64,000 nucleotides of DNA from a virus (lineage: Duplodnaviria > Caudoviricetes), in IMG/VR virus record IMGVR_UViG_2883068021_000001, positions 1 to 64,000 of that record, one strand, 5' to 3'. This document shows positions 8,496-17,783 of the stretch, piece after piece. The notes beneath the pieces were generated by a model. That model searched no databases. It saw only the letters and a program-made list of their open reading frames with translations, and was not told the DNA's origin. The position numbers were made by a program, and so were the translations under genes. The first letter of the stretch is position 1. Each line of letters begins with the position of its first letter.

Positions 8496-10540
8496 CAGTT
8501 GACCCTCCCCTGCTGCGATGCAGCCTTTTTCATGATAATGAACAGATCCTGACCCCGAACCTTGGTTACCAGCTCCCCGTCGAAACCGCGCATGCCGCCG
8601 AACGCCTCGCGCCAGTCTTCACTGGGTACAATAGCCTCTTTGCGGCCGGGGTTATCACCCACGCGGGCTATTTGGTCACCGTAGACGATACCGCCAGTAG
8701 CGAATGAGGGGATTTGCGCAGCATATGCTTTCAGGGCCCCGCCTGCGATAATTGCAGCGGCGCCGGCAGCTAATGCAACAGTGGAGTTAAGCCCACTTAT
8801 CGCGATTTTAATGCCGTCCAAAACCTTACTGTAAACAATAAGTTCCTTTCCCAAAGCCTGCATATAGCCGCCGAGAATGTTCAAAAACGATGACATTGCA
8901 GCCTTTATACCACTCTGCGATCCAATAATTGCTGCTCCTATTCCATCGCCGAGCGCAAGGAAAGCGTTCATCGTTGCTTCTCTTGCCATTATGGTGAGTC
9001 TTTCATTTAAAGCAGTAATCTCTTTGGAAAGATTGTTCCCTAAAGTAGCTATGCCTGCCCGGAAAGCCTCATTATTGAATCCGATCGTTGGTAACGCCTC
9101 AATCTTCACTGGTAATTTGATTGTTACCGGCGTCTTGGTCAGGGAGTTCTGCAGCTGCTCGATCTGTGTTTTTATCTGGTTGAACAGCTCATCCCCTGGG
9201 CGTACACCGAACTCTGCCAGATCCTTCAGCGCCTTCTCGAACACGCGGAGTTTGTCCACGGCGAGACTGGCCACCGTACCGCCGACTGCGGCAAAAGCCA
9301 CATTCAACCCGGTCAGGTCTTTGTTCATTTCCTGCACCACATCGGAAATGGTCTTCCCGGCCGCTTTGGCTTTATCAGCCTGGATGCCGAATATCTTACT
9401 ACCGAATTGTACCGCAAGCGCATCCTGCCGTTTGATGAGTTCGTCAATGGTTTTCACCAATTCCTGCTCTTCCTTGTTCAGCCCGGAGATGTTGCCCTGC
9501 AATGAATTGACAGTAGCGGCGGCGGATAGCCCTGCCGCCTGGAAACGATCCATCTGTTGCGCTGCGCCAATACCGATGCCGCCTTTCGGCGCCTTTGCGG
9601 CCTCCTCGTCGATCTTGCGAGCGTTGGCCTGGGCTTCTGCCAGCTTGGCAATCTGTTTGGTGCGCTTCATATCGATCTCCAGCCGCTGCGCGGACAACTC
9701 GCCGATCTTCTTCTCGATGGCGCGAGCCTGTGCGGTGGCGATGATTGATTGGCGGAGTTTGTCATATGCGGCCGCCCCCTGACCAGCAAGCAGCGCCTCG
9801 TTGGTGAAGTTCTTGAAGTAGTCGGGGTATTTCTTCTGCAGGGAATCGATGAGTTTATTGCGCTCTGCCAGTGGGACATTAAGGTTTTGCGTAGCCCGAT
9901 ACAGCGCGTCAATTTTTGCAAGTTCCGTCTGTGCGTCCTGCGCACCAGCCAGCATTGTATCGTTTACGGCCTTCTGGATTCGCGCCTGTTCCTTCATGGG
10001 GTTCAGGATAGCGTCCACAGCTTCGCCCAAACTGCCATATTTCTGCACAGCGACGGTAACGGCAGAAATGGCCAGGTTAAGCCCCAGTACCACACCGCCA
10101 GGGCCGAGAATAGATTGCCCCAAAGCCCTCAACGCTCCACCTGCGCTGCCTGCCTGTTTAGATAGGCCACCCAGCTGGGTAATGAGTTCGGAGATATTAT
10201 TCCCTACGGCGATGAAGCCAAAGGGCGCATCCTGTATGATACGTGTAAACCCGGTCAGCGATGTGCTTGCATCTGCTACTCCGCGTTTAACATTACCCAT
10301 ACCAGAAACAGCTTTTTTCCCCGAATCGGTGAAGGCATGAGACATGGAGGTTATCGCATGCATTGTAACACGGGTGGATTGCGCCACCTCTCCCAGCAGT
10401 TTTTCGATCTTGCTGAGGTCAGCAATTGCAGCATTCGCGTGCTTACCAACACCGTTGAGCGCGTCGCTTATCGCCTTCGCCCCTTCCTCGGCTCTTTTGG
10501 TTTCTGCGTCAAAAATGAGTTTAATTCCGGCTTGATCCAT
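8495..10540 (-). CDS. Tape measure protein
   Basis: 681 aa, Ala/Gly-rich and helical with hydrophobic stretches; follows the tail chaperones; ends FATGGIVYG...VGDNPGRKEAIVP. Confidence 0.9.
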   Translation of the reverse strand: MDQAGIKLIFDAETKRAEEGAKAISDALNGVGKHANAAIADLSKIEKLLGEVAQSTRVTMHAITSMSHAFTDSGKKAVSGMGNVKRGVADASTSLTGFTRIIQDAPFGFIAVGNNISELITQLGGLSKQAGSAGGALRALGQSILGPGGVVLGLNLAISAVTVAVQKYGSLGEAVDAILNPMKEQARIQKAVNDTMLAGAQDAQTELAKIDALYRATQNLNVPLAERNKLIDSLQKKYPDYFKNFTNEALLAGQGAAAYDKLRQSIIATAQARAIEKKIGELSAQRLEIDMKRTKQIAKLAEAQANARKIDEEAAKAPKGGIGIGAAQQMDRFQAAGLSAAATVNSLQGNISGLNKEEQELVKTIDELIKRQDALAVQFGSKIFGIQADKAKAAGKTISDVVQEMNKDLTGLNVAFAAVGGTVASLAVDKLRVFEKALKDLAEFGVRPGDELFNQIKTQIEQLQNSLTKTPVTIKLPVKIEALPTIGFNNEAFRAGIATLGNNLSKEITALNERLTIMAREATMNAFLALGDGIGAAIIGSQSGIKAAMSSFLNILGGYMQALGKELIVYSKVLDGIKIAISGLNSTVALAAGAAAIIAGGALKAYAAQIPSFATGGIVYGDQIARVGDNPGRKEAIVPSEDWREAFGGMRGFDGELVTKVRGQDLFIIMKKAASQQGRVN

Positions 10541-10850
10541 TACTCACGTTTTGCAGGCGATCCCACGCCTGGTTCATCATTTCTATGTCCGGTATCGAAT
10601 TATCTAGTTTGTCGGTGTACAGCGGCCACTCCTCCTGCATTGCGCGGAACGACTTCGGCTTTTTGCTGTTGGCGTTGAAGGTCAGCCAGTACAGCATTCT
10701 GAACGGCTCCTGCCGTTGCGCATCCCGCGTACGGTAGCCTTCAATCATCCAAATCAGCTCCTGCAGGCTTAATTCGTCAAAATCAGCAGGAGAAATACCG
10801 ACCTCGCAAATCGCGATCTTCTCCAGATCACGGAGGGTTATTTTTTTTTA
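10521..10850 (-). CDS. Tail assembly chaperone extension (gpT-like), made by a -1 frameshift
   Basis: The -1 frame from the A9 run reads KKITLRDLEKIAICEVGISPADFDELSLQELIWMIEGY..., continuous with ORF 10521..10748. Confidence 0.8.
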
Positions 10851-11182
10851 TCCGCTCCGGGCTCCGAAGTCGAGGCGCCTTCCGCCGGCTCGATGTCCAT
10901 TGCCACTTTGAAGGCCGTCAGGATTGGCAGGTGCTCCTTGGGCGACATCTCATCAAACCATTCCTGCACCTCCTGAAAGGTGATCGGGCAGGGCACTTTC
11001 CGACGAGCATGTTCACGTAGAATGCCTGCAAATGCGATTTTGGCCGCATGATCTTCATCCTGCTCGTCGTCGGTGAGCGGATCCTTCTTCAGGAGGGAAC
11101 GCAAAAGTTTCAATGCGCCAGCGTCGAAACGCAGTTGGCGGACAACGCCGCCCAGTTCAAATTGTACGTCTGTCATAATCAC
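10838..11182 (-). CDS. Tail assembly chaperone (gpG-like)
   Basis: Between the tail tube and tape measure genes; ends GAT AAA AAA AAA TAA. Confidence 0.82.
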   Translation of the reverse strand: MIMTDVQFELGGVVRQLRFDAGALKLLRSLLKKDPLTDDEQDEDHAAKIAFAGILREHARRKVPCPITFQEVQEWFDEMSPKEHLPILTAFKVAMDIEPAEGASTSEPGADKKK

Positions 11183-11601
11183 GGTGTTGGTGCGGTTGCT
11201 ACTGTGCCGGAAACGTTCAGTTCACCGGAGAAGGTTACGAATTCGTTGTACGGAGCGCTCTCGTTGTAGGACGAAATGTATGCGGTAAAGGCGCGATAAT
11301 AGGAGTCGTCCGAATTGGAGATCTTCCACTCCTTTTTGGTTTTCGCCTGGGCAATCTCCAACAGGTTTTCACCGCTTACCTCTGTGGAAGTGGGATCCAG
11401 TTTGAAGAAACCTTCAAACGACCCCGTCCAGGTAACATCGCCGGCTTCCCGGTCGATCCCGCATTTGGAATCGCCATTCAGTTCTTCCACGGCGAGATCG
11501 ATGTCGGTGGCGGTAAGACAAGCGAGCACTTTCCAGACAGGCACTGCGGTCGTTCCCGTGTTGAGGAAAAGGCCGACGTCATTCGCTTTCAGCTTTGCCA
11601 T
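11179..11601 (-). CDS. Major tail tube protein
   Basis: LACLTATDID...SKCG...TWTGSFEG...FVTFSGELNVSG; canonical position. Confidence 0.85.
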   Translation of the reverse strand: MAKLKANDVGLFLNTGTTAVPVWKVLACLTATDIDLAVEELNGDSKCGIDREAGDVTWTGSFEGFFKLDPTSTEVSGENLLEIAQAKTKKEWKISNSDDSYYRAFTAYISSYNESAPYNEFVTFSGELNVSGTVATAPTP

Positions 11602-11611
11602 TATTTTACAT

Positions 11612-12049
11612 TTAGTGTTGGTTTACAATGAGTTGAAATCGGATGGCCTTCTCGACGAAGCGGTGGCGGGCGTCGGCGTACCGGCGCGTATCGCTTCCCT
11701 CTACATTTGTGACCACTAATTGGAAATCGGGGCCCAGGTCGAGCTGGGTAACAGGATCGGGGTTAACGATCTGGGTAATCTGGGTAGCAATGTTGTCTGC
11801 GAACAAGGTATTCCCACGGTCGGTGAGGTCGAATCGGGTGACAACATGCACGATAATCGTGTTGTATGTTATGAAAGTCTGCTTATCGCCGTTCTGGTTG
11901 CATGTCTGCGAACCGAGGACGATGTATTGATCCGGAGCAGATAAATCGGCATTCCCGTCGTAGATCGGCACTGGTTGCCCCAAGTGGAGCACCACACCGT
12001 CACATGCAAGAAAAATGGCGTTTCGTATGGCTGCGCCGGGATCTTTCAT
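11612..12049 (-). CDS. Tail terminator/completion protein (DUF3168-like)
   Basis: VPIYD...QYIVLG motif; position just before the tail tube gene. Confidence 0.75.
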   Translation of the reverse strand: MKDPGAAIRNAIFLACDGVVLHLGQPVPIYDGNADLSAPDQYIVLGSQTCNQNGDKQTFITYNTIIVHVVTRFDLTDRGNTLFADNIATQITQIVNPDPVTQLDLGPDFQLVVTNVEGSDTRRYADARHRFVEKAIRFQLIVNQH

Positions 12050-12624
12050 TTAAATAATTCTTTGAGTCGTTTTACTACTTCGGCTTTGTTCTTTACGTAC
12101 GCTGGGTACAGAAATGGTCTAGCTGGCAATCCGCGCTCCAGTATCTTAATCATGATCGAATACGTCACATCGATGTAGCTTTCAGTTCCATCTGAGGCGG
12201 TATAGATTTGGCGATCTGGTATTCCGTGCCGCTTCATCCATGCCCGGATGTTCTCCTCGAACTCGTCCCAGGTGCCAGGATAAGGGCCTTTGTACTTCAT
12301 CGCGTATTGTGCCCATTCTGCCGGCACACTGACCTGTCGCCCTGTACCCCATTCGATAAAAGGTGCGTATTTGGACGAATTCAGTACTTCGTATTTATTC
12401 TTCCCGATCGCACGCACCTGTTGGTGAGATATCAGCCCTCCGCCTGCTCCCAGATCAATCGCACCCTCTCGCTGAATATTGCTGATCGCATCGTCGTTGG
12501 TATCGAATGCCGCGGCTTGGAGAATATCATCGACATCGTTTATGAGCTTCTTGTCGATTTTCTTCAGCTTACCAAAGGCCTTATCCATGCCCTCAATTTT
12601 CAGCGTGTATCGCACGCGGCCCAT
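12046..12624 (-). CDS. HK97 gp10-like neck protein
   Basis: YAPFIEWGTG and PARPFLYPAY motifs. Confidence 0.85.
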   Translation of the reverse strand: MGRVRYTLKIEGMDKAFGKLKKIDKKLINDVDDILQAAAFDTNDDAISNIQREGAIDLGAGGGLISHQQVRAIGKNKYEVLNSSKYAPFIEWGTGRQVSVPAEWAQYAMKYKGPYPGTWDEFEENIRAWMKRHGIPDRQIYTASDGTESYIDVTYSIMIKILERGLPARPFLYPAYVKNKAEVVKRLKELFK

Positions 12625-12627
12625 TAT

Positions 12628-12951
12628 CTACACTTTTTCGGTGATGGTGATATACCAGAAACGCTCTCGCAGATCCGACTCAATACCGGTGATCGTAAAC
12701 GATCCGCCTTTAAAGGCTACGAGCATTTCGTACTGAGGCGCGAAGCCGTTGCGAAACCGTAGCGACAACCGGTAGGTATTACCCAGGGAAGGTTGGAACC
12801 CCTCCTCTCCCGGTTTGCTGCTCACCTGCTTCGCCCCCACCCAGTCGGTTAGGGTATCGGTGTACTCGACCGTTTGGCCACCACCGGCAACCGCCGTTGC
12901 GACGGGAGTCTGAAAGGTGGCTTTATACCGCATCTGGCCGATCATATCCAC
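12628..12951 (-). CDS. Head closure / head-tail adaptor protein
   Basis: IGQMRYKATFQ...LRFR...FTITGI pattern; position. Confidence 0.8.
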   Translation of the reverse strand: MDMIGQMRYKATFQTPVATAVAGGGQTVEYTDTLTDWVGAKQVSSKPGEEGFQPSLGNTYRLSLRFRNGFAPQYEMLVAFKGGSFTITGIESDLRERFWYITITEKV

Positions 12952-13481
12952 GCGTTTTTGTCGTAGCCAGCCAACATGTAAAGAACATCGGTGTTAAGTT
13001 GCCCCGTCTTGGCAGTATCACCCCGGTTCTCGTACATCCATGCGACCTGCTTCAGGACACCCTGGCGGAGTGCCTCCGGCGCCGTTACATATCCGGCGTC
13101 GTAGGTTATCGTCCACCAACCTGCTGCACCTTTGAACTGTTTGAATTGATCGCCGATGATCGTATAGGTGGAGGTAGTGATGGTCAGGGTATCGTCGAGG
13201 TCGTACTTGAAAGTCGAGGCGGTAATGTTACCGACGGGCCCGTAGGGCAGCGCAATTGCACTGCATCCGTCATGGGAAAAAGTAACTTTCAGCGACCGTA
13301 CTGCCAGGAAGATGTTCAGGCGCTTCTCCAGTAGCTGGCGGGCACCCGTGATCATCCCGGAAATCACCGCATCGTCATCGGCAAAGCTCACCCGCAGGAA
13401 GTCTTTGACCTCCTGTAGGCTTACCGGTTCCTGGGCAGGAGCCGCAAGCTCTACGACGTCTTTGATGCGGTTACGGATCAT
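12942..13481 (-). CDS. Head-tail connector (gp6-like)
   Basis: EPVSLQEVKDFLRV...DDAVI...YDAGY...LKQVAWMYENRGD. Confidence 0.87.
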   Translation of the reverse strand: MIRNRIKDVVELAAPAQEPVSLQEVKDFLRVSFADDDAVISGMITGARQLLEKRLNIFLAVRSLKVTFSHDGCSAIALPYGPVGNITASTFKYDLDDTLTITTSTYTIIGDQFKQFKGAAGWWTITYDAGYVTAPEALRQGVLKQVAWMYENRGDTAKTGQLNTDVLYMLAGYDKNAWI

Positions 13482-13747
13482 TTCTGTTTAACTTTTCTGG
13501 GTTTTGCAACTTTAGGAGCGGCAGGTACACCCGTTTCACCTTCGACTTCCGGTGCTTCCGATGCTTCCGGTGCTTCCGGTGCTTCCGGTGCTTCCGGTGC
13601 TTCCGGTTCCGCATCAGGGAGTTTCACATACCCCGCATTCCGCAGGAGCTCCGCGCGCCTTTCGTCGCACTCGTACTCCATGCCGACCGTCTGCAGCTCT
13701 TTGGTGTCCCGGTCGATAAATTTCTTGGTAACAAGGGTCTTGACCAT
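13478..13747 (-). CDS. Small head-module protein with EAP repeat tail
   Basis: KKFIDRDT...RAELLRNAGYV followed by (EAP)n. Confidence 0.7.
   Translation of the reverse strand: MVKTLVTKKFIDRDTKELQTVGMEYECDERRAELLRNAGYVKLPDAEPEAPEAPEAPEAPEASEAPEVEGETGVPAAPKVAKPRKVKQK
13546..13608. repeat. 9-bp tandem repeat (CTTCCGGTG) x7 encoding Glu-Ala-Pro
   Basis: Read directly; in frame within 13478..13747. Confidence 0.9.
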
Positions 13748-13749
13748 GG

Positions 13750-14172
13750 CTATGAATTTTGTTTGCGTGCGTTAATCATACCCTTGACTTGGGCCGACAT
13801 AGTACCGGTACCGGTGAACTTTAACCGGATATATCGGAAACCGACGTCCTTCAGCGACCAGCCGAATGTCTGTGATGCAACATCCGTCGCCGTCGCTGCG
13901 GCATTGGCAGTCAGGGAATAGTAGTTCGTACCGTCGATACTATATTCCAACGCCACAGTGCCCGCAACGGTGCCGCTAATCTTCGTATAGGTCACGGAGA
14001 TCTCGGCAGTTTTGTAGAAACTGTTCAGCGGCGTCGGAATGGTCATGTATTTGGTCGCGGTGTTGGTCACCGTGTCCAGTGCCTTGCTGTATTGCGACAC
14101 AAAGGCGGTCTGCGCCTGGGAGGCCAGGGCAAAACCGAACACCAATGTCACGAGAAAGAGGAAACGTTTCAT
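13750..14172 (-). CDS. Signal-peptide-bearing beta-sandwich protein immediately after the major capsid gene
   Basis: MKRFLFLVTLVFGFALASQA-Q; the mature part is beta-rich with EYSIDGTNY and RYIRLKFTG. Confidence 0.75.
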   Translation of the reverse strand: MKRFLFLVTLVFGFALASQAQTAFVSQYSKALDTVTNTATKYMTIPTPLNSFYKTAEISVTYTKISGTVAGTVALEYSIDGTNYYSLTANAAATATDVASQTFGWSLKDVGFRYIRLKFTGTGTMSAQVKGMINARKQNS

Positions 14173-14187
14173 TTGCTTTTAGAATGA

Positions 14188-14214
14188 GGGAGGGCGGTTT
14201 TACGCCACCCTCCC
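14188..14214 (-). promoter_or_regulatory. GC-rich hairpin between the capsid gene and the next gene
   Basis: GGGAGGGTGGC-gtaaa-ACCGCCCTCCC on the minus strand; no U-tract. Confidence 0.5.
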
Positions 14215-14239
14215 GGTGAGGTATTTCGTTAAGGATCTG

Positions 14240-15538
14240 TTACACTACAGGGGTTGCCACGTCGCCAGCGATGAAAAAGCGGCTACCATATACAGGAAGC
14301 GCAACGGTTTCTTCGATACGAACGGTATACTTGTTACGACGGAAGTTATCCTGATCGTGTTCGCTGATTTCCAGTCGCATATCTTCCTGAACGAGCAGTT
14401 GTGCGCCCAGGCTCCAGTCACCAATAAGGAATTTGTTCGCTTCTGCTCCCGCGAAGTCTTTGTTCATGGCAGTGGAAGAATACACCGGAATACCAGAAAC
14501 ATACATTACCCCATTCACAAACGTTACATTCTTAGGCAGATCATACTCACCTGATCCTGCAGCTTTGTTTTTGAAGAATGAGAAATAGTACTTGGGGCGC
14601 AGCAGAATTGTCGTAACGTCAGTTTCCAGTTCATCTTCAGCCTGAGACAGGCCGTCGATAAGCTGTTCTACCAGGGTATCCGCCGTAGAATCGGAAGCGG
14701 TATAGTTACCGGCGGTTAAAATGCCCTTCAGGTTATCACCGGTACCATCGCCCCACAGTTCCTGGCGATCTTCAGCTCTGCGAAGAAGTTCGGGGAGGCG
14801 GGACTGCATGAGTGATACAAACCCGGGGATATTGTTGAACGCCTTCTTTGTTACGTCCATCAGCCCCGCAATGGTCTGGATTTTAACACTGTCTTCCTGC
14901 AGTCTCAGATCCAGTTTGGATTTTACCGCCCCTTCTGTATGAACATCGGGCGCACCTTCACCGGGAATTTCCCGCATGTATACGAATTCAGTGCCGGGAC
15001 CGATCGAGCCAACAGGTAACAGATCCCGCACATTCACCTTACGTTTGGGCAGTTCGATAATACCGGGACGAATAATGTTCCCCCATGCATCACCGCCACT
15101 TACGCTGGCCGTTGTTACGTCACCAACTGCTTTTAATTGGATTGATAGGTTCTTTTTCCGGCCGCTATCACCGCGAGCCATTTTCTCCAGCTCATCGGTT
15201 TGTTCAACCAGCGCATCAGCAAGCACCTGATTGAAGTTCTTCCGCTTCGGCTCAGCCCCTTCGCGCCCACGAGCAGCTTTCAGGGATTTCACTTCTTCTT
15301 TCAATTTATCCTGCTCGTCACGTACAACAGTAACGCTGGATTTCACTTCTTCGACGCCTTCTTTGACGCCTTTCACTTCGTCGGCGACATCGCCGATTTG
15401 CTTTTTCACTGCTGCCTGGCCTTTTTCGGCCTCGGTTTTCAGCTCTTTGACCGCTTTGGTCACTTCCTCCATTCCGCCGCCGCCATCGGCGAGCGCGTCA
15501 CGGTACAGGAAGTTCATGGGAAATAATATCCGAAACAT
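14240..15538 (-). CDS. Major capsid protein (HK97 fold)
   Basis: Coiled-coil delta domain, then IIRPGIIELP...VRDLLPVG...YMRE...NFRRNKYTVRIEE. Confidence 0.95.
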   Translation of the reverse strand: MFRILFPMNFLYRDALADGGGGMEEVTKAVKELKTEAEKGQAAVKKQIGDVADEVKGVKEGVEEVKSSVTVVRDEQDKLKEEVKSLKAARGREGAEPKRKNFNQVLADALVEQTDELEKMARGDSGRKKNLSIQLKAVGDVTTASVSGGDAWGNIIRPGIIELPKRKVNVRDLLPVGSIGPGTEFVYMREIPGEGAPDVHTEGAVKSKLDLRLQEDSVKIQTIAGLMDVTKKAFNNIPGFVSLMQSRLPELLRRAEDRQELWGDGTGDNLKGILTAGNYTASDSTADTLVEQLIDGLSQAEDELETDVTTILLRPKYYFSFFKNKAAGSGEYDLPKNVTFVNGVMYVSGIPVYSSTAMNKDFAGAEANKFLIGDWSLGAQLLVQEDMRLEISEHDQDNFRRNKYTVRIEETVALPVYGSRFFIAGDVATPVV

Positions 15539-15543
15539 GAGTG

Positions 15544-16299
15544 TCAGTTTTTGTAGATGTTTTGAACTGATTTTATTTCACTCAATAAACCGGAGTAATC
15601 AACCGCTTTGACAACCGGCTGCGTGGTCTCGGATGCCGGCGCAGTGGCTTTTTCGTCAATGTCAAGAAGATATTGTTGAATCGCTTTGAGTTGTAATTCC
15701 AGTAAGGAAAAAGTTTCGTCGGAATAGTGACCGTTGCGGAGACTTTTGATCGTCCGCTCCAGCATGGAGGACGCCTCCGCTTTTGTAAGGGATTTGGCGA
15801 CTCCGAAGGTCGGCGTGTTGGCATTCGCGCCCCACAGGACGGTGGAACCTTCCCACAGCGCGATTTGCTTGATGATGTTTACACCATCTTTACGTTGTTC
15901 TTCTTCGATTACGCCGAATCCGATACTGTGCTGGTTGATGTGGCCGTCCACATACAGCTCCATCACGTCGTTACCCAGGCGGGTACGGCTGGGAGAGGAG
16001 ATACCAATGAGATAATCCCCTTCAACGTACAGGTCGGAGAACTTACCCAGTGCATGCTCCATCAGGTATACGTGATCGGTAAGGTGCCAGATCTCGTTGG
16101 TGCCTTTAGGGCCGCGTTCCTTGATAGTCTTTGTTGCGGCAGAATGCAGGATGATATCGCGATCGCGGTCGAGGTTAGCCTCTCCGAACGATGCGATTGC
16201 AATTTTCAGTGTACGAGACTGCGTGTCTACGTCCTTAATGCCCCCATCGAGGGTCTTGTACTGAATGTTCCTTTTCATGCGCGTTATGGGAATGCGCAT
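15544..16299 (-). CDS. HK97-family prohead protease
   Basis: DRDRDII, HSIGF and LWEGSTVLWGAN motifs; the start may be MKRNIQYK. Confidence 0.92.
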   Translation of the reverse strand: MRIPITRMKRNIQYKTLDGGIKDVDTQSRTLKIAIASFGEANLDRDRDIILHSAATKTIKERGPKGTNEIWHLTDHVYLMEHALGKFSDLYVEGDYLIGISSPSRTRLGNDVMELYVDGHINQHSIGFGVIEEEQRKDGVNIIKQIALWEGSTVLWGANANTPTFGVAKSLTKAEASSMLERTIKSLRNGHYSDETFSLLELQLKAIQQYLLDIDEKATAPASETTQPVVKAVDYSGLLSEIKSVQNIYKN

Positions 16300-16451
16300 G
16301 GTCAGAGGTTACCTGTAACGGTACAGGCGCGTGAACTGGACGTTTTTCTTTGCGGGGAGAATCAGATAAATTGGGTGGGAAATTGGTTCTGGCTTTCTCT
16401 TTGCGCGGAGTAATCTTGCGCTTTTCTGCCATACGTTTACAAAAATAGTAT

Positions 16452-16637
16452 TTATTTCAATTCGCAAAATAGTTTTTCGATTTCTTCCAAAGTTTTTTTC
16501 GGCACCAGGTGCAAATCTCTTTTCTGTTCGATGCGTTGCTTCAGTTGAAATCGCTCAAACTCCAGCCGCATGCGGATCAGGCGGCACGCGCCTGGCGGCG
16601 TCGGTATAACAATCTTAATCGCTTCTTCCAATGTCAT
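16452..16637 (-). CDS. Hypothetical protein
   Basis: 61-aa ORF in operon orientation with tight spacing. Confidence 0.6.
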   Translation of the reverse strand: MTLEEAIKIVIPTPPGACRLIRMRLEFERFQLKQRIEQKRDLHLVPKKTLEEIEKLFCELK

Positions 16638-16647
16638 TACGATACTT

Positions 16648-17448
16648 TTACGCTCTTATCGGCATCCCGTTTCCGTCGCGCGCTGGCCTGGTGCTCACAA
16701 TGCATCGACATTGAATGACTTCTTTCGCGCCACCTTGCGGATCACCCGGATGCATCATGCCATTGCTGAACGGCTGCTCCAGCGGCACAACTTCACCTCC
16801 CACGCCACCCTGTGCCACGTCCTTGTGCGTTTCGCGGACACGTCCGTCGTGGGCATTTACCCAGCGCTTATTCATCCGCAGGCCACTGCGCCGTGCCGCA
16901 GTCATGCCGCCGAAGTTCGCCGCAGCTACGGTCTCCGTGCGGGAGATCACCCGCGCACGTGCCAGCGGGATCGTTTTATCATCCCTCATGGATCTGGCGA
17001 TCTGCTCCGGGCCGAGTCCCGCCTCGCGGCCTTCGATGATCTTACGGATCAGCCATTCCTTGGTGGTCTCGTCAATGCTGGTGATCTTATCCCCGCCGTA
17101 AGCGGTGAAAAAGATATTCAGTATCGCCTCCCACTCGGCATTGAAGCCGAAAGCTTTGGTGCGTACGGGAACATCATAACCTTTCACCTGGTCGAGGATG
17201 TTGCCGTACTCAATGTTCGCCCAGCGGACTCCTACATCCGTATACAGGCGCTGCAGCAGATCCGCCACATCCTGCCGGCGAATCAATAGCGACATGGCGG
17301 CAATCGTCTGCTCGATGCCGTTCTCGACGAGGTACGCCGCAATCTGACGTGCCTGGCGCCGCAACAAGGCGTACACCTGCTTCGCATATTTGCGTTCGTA
17401 CCGTTTCTGAAACGTCTCAAACTGCCGCCATATCTGCCGATCGGTCAT
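16648..17448 (-). CDS. Phage head morphogenesis protein (Mu gpF/SPP1 gp7-like)
   Basis: RARVISRTET...KRWVNAHDGRVRETH...HPGD...IQCRC. Confidence 0.9.
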   Translation of the reverse strand: MTDRQIWRQFETFQKRYERKYAKQVYALLRRQARQIAAYLVENGIEQTIAAMSLLIRRQDVADLLQRLYTDVGVRWANIEYGNILDQVKGYDVPVRTKAFGFNAEWEAILNIFFTAYGGDKITSIDETTKEWLIRKIIEGREAGLGPEQIARSMRDDKTIPLARARVISRTETVAAANFGGMTAARRSGLRMNKRWVNAHDGRVRETHKDVAQGGVGGEVVPLEQPFSNGMMHPGDPQGGAKEVIQCRCIVSTRPARDGNGMPIRA

Positions 17449-17783
17449 AAAGGCGAAATCGTTGCATCCAGATTCATGTTATCGCAGAGTCCAATGCCCG
17501 TGATCGTTTTCTTGTCAGGCATGGTCGTATCAAACTTGTACCCAATGGCGGGATAAAGACCAGCACACTCATTGTCTGTTTCAATGTCTGCCACGATTTC
17601 GCCATTCGCGCCAATCCGGAGCCATGCCTTACCGATCGCGATGTGGTCAAAATTCCGTGACACTATCACGGGATTCTCCCACGTAAGCCCTGTCTCCTGT
17701 TTCTCAACAACAATGTTTGTGTAACGCATAAAAATTGGATTATTTATAATCAGAAATTCCATTTCGCAACAGCTTCTCAACAT
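17445..17783 (-). CDS. Hypothetical protein
   Basis: ORF between the portal and head morphogenesis genes; the true start is probably MRYTNIVVEK. Confidence 0.55.
   Translation of the reverse strand: MLRSCCEMEFLIINNPIFMRYTNIVVEKQETGLTWENPVIVSRNFDHIAIGKAWLRIGANGEIVADIETDNECAGLYPAIGYKFDTTMPDKKTITGIGLCDNMNLDATISPL

Noticed and set aside
16235-16432. 65-aa ORF before the prohead protease
   Set aside because: It overlaps the protease start and has no recognisable features; it may be real but cannot be supported.
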